A stretch of DNA of 58,493 bases, counting the filler, from Jimgerdemannia flammicorona (taxonomy: Eukaryota): the NCBI GenBank assembly GCA_003990765.1. It is 3 parts of 3 records of this genome, joined end to end, with 100 filler letters (N's around TTAATTAATTAA, not from the genome) between each part and the next. Parts side by side here need not be neighbours in the genome. Positions count along the whole stretch, not along the records: positions 1 to 19,436 come from RBNJ01001939.1; positions 19,537 to 38,969 come from RBNJ01001940.1; 1 more part is not named here. The stretch is one strand, 5' to 3'. Positions within the stretch are counted from its first letter, which is position 1; every line of letters begins with the position of its first letter. Position numbers and translations under genes: made by a program. The notes below the pieces were generated by a model. That model did not search any database and was not told the DNA's origin. It worked only from the letters and a program-made list of their open reading frames with translations. Shown here piece after piece: positions 13,175 to 24,100 of the stretch.

Positions 13175-14154
13175 TTATAATAATATACAATCACACCCCG
13201 AACATCTCGACAGGACTTCTTCTCTCTTATTTTCCATGTAGATCTCGAAGCCCGCAATGCCCGCCGCCATCATGACCTCGTTCACGTTAGCGCCAGTCAT
13301 AGCGCTACACTCGAAATATTGCGCACCGATCGTTCGGGCGAAAGCCTCACCCTGCGGTACACATATGCAGAAATGAAAGGGCGCTCGGGTGAGAAGGTTT
13401 GGCATGTCAGATGAACCGAGAATTTGAGCCATTAACAACATAAAAGCAAAGACAAAAATAACGCAGGCAATAGATTCTAATGGCGAACCTCTCCGCGAGT
13501 GATGAGATCTGCCTGCACTAAGGCATAGCTGTCGCGCAAATCAATCTTGGTGCAGACCAAGAGTTTGGGGACCTTTGGTATAACTCTATTGACCTCGGGG
13601 ACCCACTGAAAAGTCGGGTCGACCGGAGAGTGACGTGTGCAACGGAAGTTAGATCAGCCTGTCTTTTTCAACACCCACTCGATTACGGATCAGTTATCCG
13701 CCTACCTTTTTTGCGATCTGGACGAACGACTCGCGATCGTCGATGGCGAAGGAGATGAGAACGACGTGAGACCCCGGGTAGGACAGCGGGCGCAGGCGGT
13801 CGTAGTCCTCCTGACCCGCCGTATCACGCAACTCCATTTCAACGTTCGTGCCCTCGATCACCAAGTCGGCCTTCAGTTCACAATCAGAGCAAGGTAAAAA
13901 AATTGCCTAGGAGGAGGTGAGCACAACGCCGCGTGGCAGTCAGTATCTGCATCTGAGTGTCGTGAAATGATGCGTACCGAGGAAGAAACCATTGATGCCG
14001 GTGAGGAGCAGAGAGGTCTTGCCAACGCCCGTGTTGCCAACGATAATTAGCCTCAGGTTGATGATCTGCTGTTTCTGCTGTTGGTGGGAGGGATGTGAGA
14101 ACGGACGAGCCACACCGGAAATTGTAACAAGCGTATGCGCCGTACCTTATGCAT
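13175..14154 (-). CDS. Divergent Rho-family small GTPase, 5 exons; apparent +1 frameshift in a T7 run (pseudogene or sequencing error)
   Basis: Exons about 14154-14146 (MHK, tentative), 14077-13978 (LIIVGNTGVGKTSLL), 13906-13706 (RDTAGQEDYDRLRPLSYPGSHVVLISFAID), 13605-13489 (WVPEV..LVCTKIDLR) and 13351-13175 (IGAQYFECSAMTG..CDCILL*, CAAX). Introns are GT-AG. Confidence 0.85.
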
Positions 14155-14877
14155 AATAGTTATGTTGACATGGAGGAGAACGTACCAGCGCACAATGTAG
14201 TGGCTAAGCTCCGTTGTTACACAAACGTCCCAAAGTCAAAATTCTGCTATCATGTATTGTTCTCGGGCTAGCTTCAGCTTACGCGGCTCGCTGCCAAGCC
14301 GCCATTGCATATCTCTTATTACTTCTGTTTTGGTTTTCTGTGGCCAGATGGCATGCTCTCGAACGGCTTTCTCGAAAAACTCGTGGAACTGCTTGGTAAT
14401 CTCTTGCCGTGACCAGAATCTCGACAACAATGTAGCACAGTCGACTGATGGAACAGCAAAAAGGCAAAAGAAGCAAAGAGGAGGTCGGCAGAACCAAATG
14501 TATATTTTTTTAGCCCACATCATCACGTCTTAGTCTCCGAGGTAACTGTCACCTTATATTTATCCACAATCACGACAAGCAAGCCGATATAACTACATAA
14601 CTCCACACCATTAAAACTCGCTCACTACTTAACCGGCCACTATCATAACTCTATCCAAATCTTCGCTCACGACTAATGCTCATATAGGATCGAATTAAAT
14701 CGGATTGGATTTCCCGTATTTTGTCAATGTGCAGGACCGAACCTTGAAAAGAAGACAATAAGGGTAGACAGAAGAAGAAGCCGAGACCACGGCCTTTCAT
14801 TCCCGAAAATGAATTTGGGGTTGGGCGGCAGACGTCATTTGAGCGAGGTGGTTTTCGCGTACTCGCACCGTTTATTA

Positions 14878-15780
14878 TTATAATAATATACAATCACACC
14901 CCGAACATCTCGACTAGACTTCTTCTCCCTTTTCCATGTGGATCTCCAAGCCCGCAATGCCTGCCGCCATCATGACCTCGTTCACGTTAGCGCCAGTCAT
15001 AGCGCTACACTCGAAATATTGCGCACCGATCGTTCGGGCGATGGCCTCACCCTGCGTTACACATATGCAGCAATGAAAAGGCGCTTGGGTGGGAATGTAT
15101 TGTGTGCCAGATGAACCGAGAAGTTAAACCAATCAACGACCTGAAAAAGGCGTAGGCGATAGATTGTAATGGTGAACCTCTCCACGAGTGACGAGATCCG
15201 CTTGCACTAAGGTATAGTTGTCACACGAATCGATCTAGAAGTTTTGTGACCCTTCTGACCTCGGGGACCCACTGTAAAGGTGGGTCGGCAGAGTAAAGGG
15301 AGCCTATGTCTTTTCCAACACCAACTCGAACACGAATCAGTCATCCGCCCACCACATCTATGATCCGGTAGAACGACTCACGATCGTCGACGGCAAAGCA
15401 AATGAGAATGATATGCGAGTCCGGGTAGGATAGTGTGCGCACGTAATCCGCCGGACCCATTGTCATGTCACACAACTCCATTTTGACGGTCGTGCTCTTA
15501 ATCTCGAAGTCGTCCTTCAATTTGCCGGAAAATAAATAAATAAATATAAAAAAAAATTGTCTGGGAGGAGATGAGTACAACGCCACGTGGCGGTCGGTGT
15601 CTGTATCCGAGGGTTGCGATATAATATGTACCGCGGAAGTAGGCCCTGACTCTGGGCAACGCCACGCCAACCATGAGTAGCTTCAGGTTGACTATTTGCC
15701 ATTGGTGGGAAGGATGTGAGAACGGGTAAAACACGCCAGAAACTGTAACGAGCGTATACACCGTACCTTTGAGGAGGATG
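14878..15780 (-). pseudogene. Rho-family GTPase pseudogene, tandem paralog
   Basis: Last exon (15051-14878) is nearly identical to the neighbour and ends CDCILL. LSYPDSHIILICFAVDDRESF is retained. The P-loop is deleted (LKLLMVGVALPRV), DTAGQE is degraded, and the WVPEV exon has deletions. Confidence 0.85.
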
Positions 15781-16576
15781 TACCAGGAACGCACATGAAT
15801 AGAGAATGTTACCACTGTACTGTCGCGGTATCTCTGAAATTTCGAACAAATTTGTCGGATCTATCTCGAGGCTTTTGCTAGTGAATTCCTCAAGTAGAGC
15901 GTCGCAAGGTGTCCTGTCAAGCCTGAAAATGAACCTGTCATCTTGCCGATAATGGAATCCGGCCTTGATTGCACACATTCTTTCTTCAAACTCACGTAGT
16001 TTCTTTGTTTTCTTCTGAAATCTTATCATTTTAGCAATTATTTCCCTCTTATCCTGATAAGATGACGAACGTTGCCTTCATTCGTTAAACAGATCCTATA
16101 TATATTTCCACATCTTTTTGCCTACAGCACGTAGTCTTTGCTATCCTATCCTCGAGCGCGGTGCTAACTTTTTAATAATTTCAGCGAGATCGGGCCGTTG
16201 TGCGCTGATCGGTGCCTGCTTGATCCTGAACTTGCGCCTGATACTTGTGCGCCGATCGGTGACTGTCCTTGCATGGACAAGGCCGCAAGAGGATTGGTCG
16301 CGAGATTTGGTGCCGAAGTTGGAAAAGCGGCGAAAGGATTTGGTGCCTAAACGAAAGGCGACGGTACGACGGGTGCGAACATAGCCAGACGGAGCGCGGT
16401 GTAGTCCTCCCAGTTCCTAGGCATCAGGCGTAGCGGTAAGAACCTTTTAGAAACCCCCGTTGATGTTGCGCCTTATTTCGCTTCCATATCCCTTTCCCTG
16501 TAGGGCAGGTATATTTGCCCAAAAATATTTAGTATAAAATATCTTACTTGATACTATAGGTATACTTTTAAGTTAA

Positions 16577-16600
16577 ATATATATATATATATATATATAT
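16577..16600. repeat. (AT)n microsatellite
   Basis: Run of atatatat seen directly in the sequence. Confidence 0.9.
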
Positions 16601-16995
16601 TATAGTCTTAGTTAAATATATATACTGTAACCCCTATATAGACAAATATATCAAAAATTTGAAGTGAAATATGTTGTGTTCATTTGAAATTCCAATATAA
16701 AAATAACAGACCATATATGGAAATGCAGACAAATATGCCTGCAAAATATTTTATATTTATAAGAGCAAGTGAGAGTCTATCTCTACTAGTCAGAGTCTGT
16801 TTATACTTTATATCTCTCTATGCTAGCCAGGGGTTATCTCTTTTGCCATCACTTTTTACTAGTCACGTTGTGATACTCCATCCTTCATTTTGTGGCTGGG
16901 GTACAGGTTATTGTGGCTGGGGTGCAAGCTAACCAACAGGTTTGTGGAAAGCAATTTACATATGCTTTGTACCCTTGAACAAGACAGAAAAAAAA

Positions 16996-17826
16996 ATGAA
17001 TATTCCTCTTAATCAATGTGGTCTTCCCCCTCACATTTTAGACCATATTGATGCAATTCAGACTTTTCTTATAAAATCCTCTTTAAAAGAGATACATATT
17101 ACCCTCAATGAAGGAATATTTTGCACAAAAAAAACTGGCAATACACCTTCTCCATCCCCAGTAAGCAATGAGAGTACTTCTGATGATGAGGAGCATGTGT
17201 GGTTCAAATGAAAGGCAAAAGCTAGTGCTTTGAACAACTTAAGAATACATAATGAGTGCCAGGCCCATAAAAAGGCAACAGGAATTGCCAACGTCTCCTC
17301 TGCCACTAAATACATACTAGATTTGACTCAAATGTTACAAACAGGTACCAAACAAAAGACTGAAGAGGCAGACCAAGAGGCAGACCAACAGACTCAAAAG
17401 AAGATTTAAAAGAAGATTGTCAAAGATCCTGAACAAATCAGAACTGCTTTGCTAAAGGCCCAAGAAGCTACTCCTGCCCAGTATTCTGAACTTACCAGAT
17501 CTTATGAAGATTTATATCTCCAGGCTACTGATTCGACAAACAAAAACATTCTCAAAAATTATCATATTTTTGGAAAGGTTCTGCATCAAGACGAGCAGAA
17601 ATGACAAGATGAAACAGATGTATATCGTGAACGGGCTATCACAAAGCTCATTCAATCAACTCTTTCACATCTTTCTAATATGGAGGTAAATAGGTGCTTG
17701 CGAAACGCACGAAAAATATATGATATTACATATCAGTTAGCTCCCAACCAAGTTCAAAATTTAGATATCATGAAAACAAACTTATTAAGTATAGCAAAAA
17801 ATCAAATTTCTATGTGTTTTATATAA
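16996..17826 (+). pseudogene. Intronless ~276-codon ORF of unknown function with three internal stops
   Basis: One frame from ATG at 16996 to TAA at 17824-17826 with no frameshift. Internal stops TGA, TAA, TGA are each one C>T change from CGA or CAA. C-terminus reads YHIFGKVL...VNRCLRNARKIYDIT. Confidence 0.5.
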
Positions 17827-17940
17827 TTTATTTTTTTATGCAATATGTACCTTCTTTTTTATATTTTTTTATGCAATATGTACCTTTTATTTATTTTTAT
17901 GCAATATATACCTTTTTTTTTTTTTTTTTTTTTTTTTTAT

Positions 17941-17977
<37 letters not shown>

Positions 17978-19374
17978 TTTTTTTTTTTATTTTGGAATGC
18001 AGTGGTCTTGTTGATTGTGAGCACCAGGTGTGAACACCGTAAAACGAATTTTCGCGTGATCGGTTCCGATGATGAATTATTTGATTGGAGGAATAATGCT
18101 GGCCGCATTGAGCACAGGATTTGCAATTGAATAACTCAACGAAAACATATTCAAATTCGACGATTTTTAGCTTGCCGAATTCGCCTCATTTAGGCAAATC
18201 CAACACAATAAGGATCATTAAATTTGAATGTGTTTTCATTGACTTATAATATTTTGAATTTTGGATATAATTTCAAAAATTAAATTGGATTTGATTCAAA
18301 TAGTAATCAAACTAACTTAGAATTCATATGGATTATACTTTGAAGGGGATCTTTAAAAAGATCTTTATGCATGTGAATGCTTAAAGTTGTCCCTTTGTTA
18401 TTATTATGATTGTCAACGTAACGTCATATAAATTTGCCTGCACGTGATTACGGGGTAAGAAACATTATTATTTTTGGTAAGGAGGGAGTCTTTGTCTAGG
18501 GCGGCCTGGTCCGTTTGCGTTGAATCGTAACCGCACTAAAAAAAAAATTCCACCACTCCCAAAATACGTGAAACCCACAACCGCGCGCAAGGGGGGTCAA
18601 AACTGGTATTGATAAATTGGCGTCTTCCATATACATTTTGAGCGCAAAGGGTGGGCATGGCAGTGTGTAGGCGGCGCTATACAAATAGACCGGTGCCAAG
18701 ATGTAGTGGGTGATTCCTCTTTTCCATTTTTATTTATTTATTTATTTATTTTTGGCTTCTATTGGGACATATGTTCTAGAGCCCATTTGATAGTTTTTGT
18801 GGATATTTAAAATCGTAACCTCTTCAAGCTCGCAGACGTTGTTTTGAGGGTAGGTCGCGTGGAAATTAGCAGGGTACACTAACAGTGACTCACGCGTACT
18901 CACACGTATTTGGTGTAAAACTGGTTGACAACAGGCTCGGAGTGCCGTTTTCACACACGCCACCATTCTTCACACTTTGCACTTCTCACATACAGTTGGC
19001 TAAGCACCTACGTATCCTACTCCTGCATTACCCTGGGAAATGACCCCTTGCATTACCAGATTCCTTTTGGACTGACCCTCCCCTATTCAGCGATAATTCT
19101 TCGCTAAGCCGTAATCGTTTTCCGATCGTAAATTTTCACCCTGGGGCAAGTCGTCGCCCAGCATGAGACAGAGTAGGAAAAGAACAGGGTTCACTTCGGA
19201 TGGGTATAGGTGGCGATTTAGCGACTCGTTTTTCACTCAAGCTCACTGATCCAAGTTTTACTATTTTATTTGACCCCCACAAAATAGAATGGATACGGGC
19301 GATCTGCGACCATGGCATCACGGTATAATGAGTTTATTCCAATTGTGTTTTCTACGCGCGTCCGGCGGAGGGAG

Positions 19375-19436
19375 GAGTTCAAAAAGGGGAAGAGTTCAAA
19401 GGGGGGAAGAGTTCAAAGGGGGGAAGAGTTCAAAGG
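19375..19436 (+). repeat. Short tandem repeat, ~17-bp unit ggggggaagagttcaaa, about 4 copies, abutting the gap
   Basis: gagttcaaa recurs four times, separated by G runs. Confidence 0.85.
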
Positions 19437-19536
19437 NNNNNNNNNNNNNNNNNNNNNNNNNNNNNNNNNNNNNNNNNNNNTTAATTAATTAANNNNNNNN
19501 NNNNNNNNNNNNNNNNNNNNNNNNNNNNNNNNNNNN
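19437..19536. other. Assembly gap / artificial linker
   Basis: N run, TTAATTAATTAA (stops in all six frames), N run; 100 nt in total. Confidence 0.95.
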
Positions 19537-19576
<40 letters not shown>

Positions 19577-19581
<5 letters not shown>

Positions 19582-19868
19582 TCTGGAAGGATCATAGAAA
19601 AGAAGAGAAAAGCCAAGAAATAGGTTCTTAGTAAAGATGACTAATAGAATTCTACAATGTTCTAAAAGATTCTATGACTAGCTAAGATAAGATACTTAGT
19701 ATTAAAAAAAGACAAGAATGTTCTAGTAATGTCTTAATATTAAGAGAAGATTTCTAGATATTTAGAAGATACTGGAATATAGTAGAATATTTAGAAAAAG
19801 ACAAGAAAACACTAGAGAAAAGATATAAAAAAGTACTAAGATTAAAATATGACTATGAAATTATTATA
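19577..19868 (-). repeat. 3' LTR of element A (partial; cut off by a poly(A) tract next to the gap)
   Basis: Aligns to 31101-31398 (aaagatgactaatagaattctacaat...gactatgaaatt.ttata). Confidence 0.85.
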
Positions 19869-20194
19869 TATCTCTCTTCTTAAGAACTAATATCTTTATT
19901 GAGTTCTTAGATAATATAAGACTAAATATATTTAATCAAAATTTTTCAAACTTGAATTGGTATATTAGTGAGAACTGGTCATCCTCATATAGAGAAGAGG
20001 GCCTATTACTAGACTAACTAACTGAGAGGAATTCAAATCTAGCTAGTAGCTTTATTTCAGTGAACTTCTTATTTACTAGATATTCTGTTGGTTCTGGGGT
20101 CTCAAAGTAAACTTCCAATATATAAGGTACTGATTATTGTTATAGGTAGTTGATAATCCATAGAAGTTACTATAGAGATTAGATAATACATTTT

Positions 20195-20352
20195 GTCTCA
20201 AAGTCTTAGACTAGGTCTTGAGAGTTCTTAAAATTGACTAGTGGTTTCTAGATAGTATTATATTTGAAATAGCTATATCCATTTGACCAGATATTCAGGA
20301 TAATGATAGTGGATTCATTTGTTAAAAATTTTCTCAACTTTATACTCAATAT
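20195..20352 (-). pseudogene. Chromodomain at the integrase C-terminus of element A
   Basis: EYKVEKIFNK*IHYHYPEYLVKW..(frameshift)..NTI*KPLVNFKNSQDLV*DFE matches the chromodomain consensus EYEVEKILD...EYLVKWxGY...TWEP..NL. Confidence 0.8.
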
Positions 20353-21057
20353 GGTTTTTGATAATCACAGGGGTAGATGGCTTGAGAATTTGACCAGGGT
20401 AAAGTAGTAACTAGTTCTAGGTCTTGAGGTGTGATATATAAAAGACTGGGTGTATCCTCATGGTTTCAGGTAGCTTGAGATAGTAGGAGGATACCAGTAA
20501 TCTCAAAGGGTCTAATATACTTGAGTTGGAACTTATTTGACAAATGATTAACTTGAGATTATATCTTAGATTCTCAGTAAACAGTAGGACTTAATTATCA
20601 ATAGTATAGGTAACATTATAGTATTTCTTATCAGTATACTTGACATGATACTGTTAGGCCTTCTGGAGGTTCACAGTAGCAATCTTGAGTAGTTCTTTCA
20701 TTTTGTCTGTGAGGTTCTTAGTAATAAAGACTTATATTTGACTATTTTTCTTAAAAGAGACTAGATTTGTAGAGATCTCAGAATTTTGACCATAGAGTAG
20801 CCAAAAGAGAGAAAGACTGGTAAATGATTAAACAGTATTATTATATACAAATTCTGTATAAGTTAAATAGTAGTCTCAATTATCTTGCTTATAAGAAATG
20901 TAGTTTCTAAGCATTTGTTCTAAAGTTTTGTTTATGCACTTAGTTTGTCTATTTATTTATAGGCAAAAGGTAATAGATATGGCCAATTGGATTTCCAGAG
21001 TCTTGAAGAGGGTTTGCCAGAAGTGACTGATGAACTTGGGGTCACAGTCACTAATAA

Positions 21058-21061
<4 letters not shown>

Positions 21062-21120
<59 letters not shown>

Positions 21121-24100
21121 TCACTTGGACTTCCATTTATTATCATGCAGTCTATAAATAATACAACATACATATGTACCCACAATCTCTTAGCCAATGC
21201 TCCTTGGATCTCCCTCTCTACTTACTATCTCTCTCTACCAAAGAACAACCCAGTCACCTACTATCTGAATCCTCTTGCCACTCTTTTTATAAACACAATT
21301 TACCAGATTCCGATGGCCTCTCCCACCTGGTCCCCACCCTCTCTACCAATCATTCAAAATGTCTAGTATTAACTATTTCTAACATGCTATCCAAACTCCA
21401 ATTGCAACCTGCTGGCCCTCCTCAAAGACATGAAGCCAATGACCAGTCAACTCTACTCAAATTGCCAGGGCCCATCCTAAAGTCAACCATTTATCTCCCA
21501 CTCCACTCACTAATCTTTGCTGGAGGTCCCCCCATCTCTCTCCTTTCCCTCCCACCAGGGGCTGCAATCTCAGCCTGCTAGAAATATTGTGCCCAAACTC
21601 CTCCGAAACTTCACACTCTCCTAGCCAATGTTCAGGTATTTATACCACTCCCCCCTCCTGGCCAATGTCTATGCACTCCTTATACTCAAATATGCCATCT
21701 GCCACCAAGTGCCCCAACTGATAGTTCAGTTTCACATTCCACCTTAGGAATCTCCACTATACCACTCAGAACTTAGGGGAAGCCAATGCATCACTTGCTT
21801 ACTCTAAGGCCAAATACCATTCCAATCCCACTCCTTACTAATCCCCACTCTCTGCCACACTTCAGGCCATATGTCACCCCCAAGCCCCCTCATACATTCC
21901 ATTCCATCATCAAGCTAAAAGTCCTCCACCAATGTACCTCCCAGCAGTAGCCAGTCCCATCTCTATATCTGTGGTCTCTAGTCCTCCTCCCTCTTATCAC
22001 CCCTCTATCAAAGTCCAATTCTCCTTACACTATCCACCACTCCCCACCAAAAGCCTTTGTAATATATCCTCCTGCTCTCATCCATGGCCACCATTGCAAG
22101 CAGGTCACCAGTTGCTCTATAAGGGGAGTAACAGACTTCCCACACCCTCTGCATAAGTGGTACCCACTCCTGATCTCTTAACTCACTTACTCTCTTTAGT
22201 CACTATACTTTCAGATAGTATAGATACTTAGTAAAATCAACTAAGCCCAGCCTGCCTCTGTCAACAGGCAGGGTCAGAACCTCCTAGCCTATCTGACTTT
22301 ACTACCCAGCCCAAATCTATGATCTTGCCATCTTCAGAAGATACCTGACCACCCATACCAGAAAGTCCAGATGATACCTTATATATCATAGCTTTGGTAA
22401 CCAATATACATTCAGCACCATCACCCTTTCTACCAAGGATATATGCTGACCACCCCACCTCAAAAGAGTATTTTCCCATACTAGTAGTTGCTGTTCCTAC
22501 CATACATGGGGCAGAAGGGACCTATATATTGAGAAGTATATCTCCAAGTACTGGACTGGTTCTCCTACTAGAACCACTGTTCCAATTACATTGCCACCAA
22601 CAATTCTGCTGCCTAGCACCAGAGTCTTACACTTGTATCAGTTAAGTTGAGCATCTGAGCCTCTCTCATATCATTCCACAGTCCTTCTTAATTCCTCTAC
22701 ATCTATCAATGAACCCAATCCAATCACCATATCATCTGCAAAAGCCCCAACCTTTCAGTTAGTCTCCAAAATGTCCAAACCCCCAATTTGATACTGAATT
22801 CTGTCCAATAGGGGCTCTAAGGAAAGAGTATATAGAATGGATAACAAAGGATCCCCTTGTGACACCCCACAACCCAGTGGAAAAGTCACTTCTCTGTATC
22901 CATTTACCACTAATGCTACTTGACTATTCTCCAATAGACTGATTAATAACCTTCTGAATACTGGGGGAACTCCTATATATTTCAGTACTCCTTCCAGCCA
23001 GACTCTCCTCACTCTGTCATATGTTTTCTCCTGATCCAGAAATACTAACTGACTATCAACCCCAGCCACCCAAGCCCCTTCAATTACCCCATAAACCCAG
23101 GTAGTTCCATCTCAGATCAACTGACCCCCAACAAATCCCCTCTGCTCCACTCCTAGCATCTGCTGAGCTATTCTCTGCAATCTAGTTACCAAGATCTTTA
23201 TCATCAGCTTGCAGTCTATATCAAGGAGTATGATTGGTCACCAGTTCTTCCAATCTTCTCTTCCCCCCTTATCCTTATAGAGTAAGGAGACTAGCCCTAG
23301 GTGCTGGCCCCAATCCAAGTTCCAGACTGAAGGACCTCCCTATACATTGCCATCATCTCCTTCAATATGTATCACCTCTACCCCCACCATTTTCTTCCAA
23401 AAATCCCAGAGAAGCCCATCCTCTCCTAGAGCTGTCCCCTTGCTTGTTGAAGCCAAGACCTTACATACTTCCTCCCCCCCACACCAGATCTCTCAGCATC
23501 CCCAGGCCCAATACTGGGTCTGAGTGCTAATTCTCCAACTGCTGTTCAATGTTCAGGGCATCCTCACTCCCTTCTTCTTCACTTTATAAATTCCCCCAAC
23601 AAGTCCTCAGTAATTCCAAAATCTTAGGGGTCTCTACCATCATCTCTCCATCTCATCCAAAATATCATCTCACTACTATCTGGTCCTCTGAGCTTAGAGC
23701 AACCATGAAAGGAGTCTAGTGAGCCTCTCCCCCTCCTCCAGCCTCTGCCACCACAGCCTTGCCACTATCTCCTTTAGCTAAACCTCTTCCTCTATCTGTA
23801 GCATCTTCTTCAGCTCATCCACTTTCTTTTGTATCTGCAGAATTTACCAATTGGCTGCCCCCCAATCCTCCAGCAATCCTGCCCATCTCTCCAGAAGTGC
23901 CACCAATCTCTGTGAAGCCCATTACACTTGCTGCCACCACTGAGCACTCCTTCCTTTCTCTGCCTCCCTCTAGTACCTCTGAGCACTTGATTTCAACCAC
24001 TGCCAGTGATCCCCAATTCCCAATCTCTGCTCATGCCACCTACCAATCTTTCCAATAATTTCTATCTCCCAGTTCATCCATAAGGAACCATCCTCCAATA

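Larger units (their letters stand above)
12540..15800. repeat. Direct tandem duplication, ~1.7-kb unit (about 12540-14200 and 14240-15800), each unit carrying a Rho gene and its 3' flank
   Basis: tgtattgttctcgg..gccgccattgcatatctcttattactt at about 12549 and 14253; ataactccacacca..accggccac.atcataactct at about 12913 and 14597; last exons nearly identical. Confidence 0.9.

Noticed and set aside
15800..16070. 5' part of the 170-aa minus ORF 15517-16029
   Set aside because: The 3' half runs through Rho pseudogene intron sequence. The 5' half has no motif I recognise, so no call is supportable.
17814..18033. Poly-Phe ORFs
   Set aside because: Translation of the T tract only.
19481..19492. TTAATTAATTAA palindrome between N runs (also at 39014-39025)
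   Set aside because: Artificial six-frame-stop linker, not biology. Continuity across these gaps cannot be assumed.
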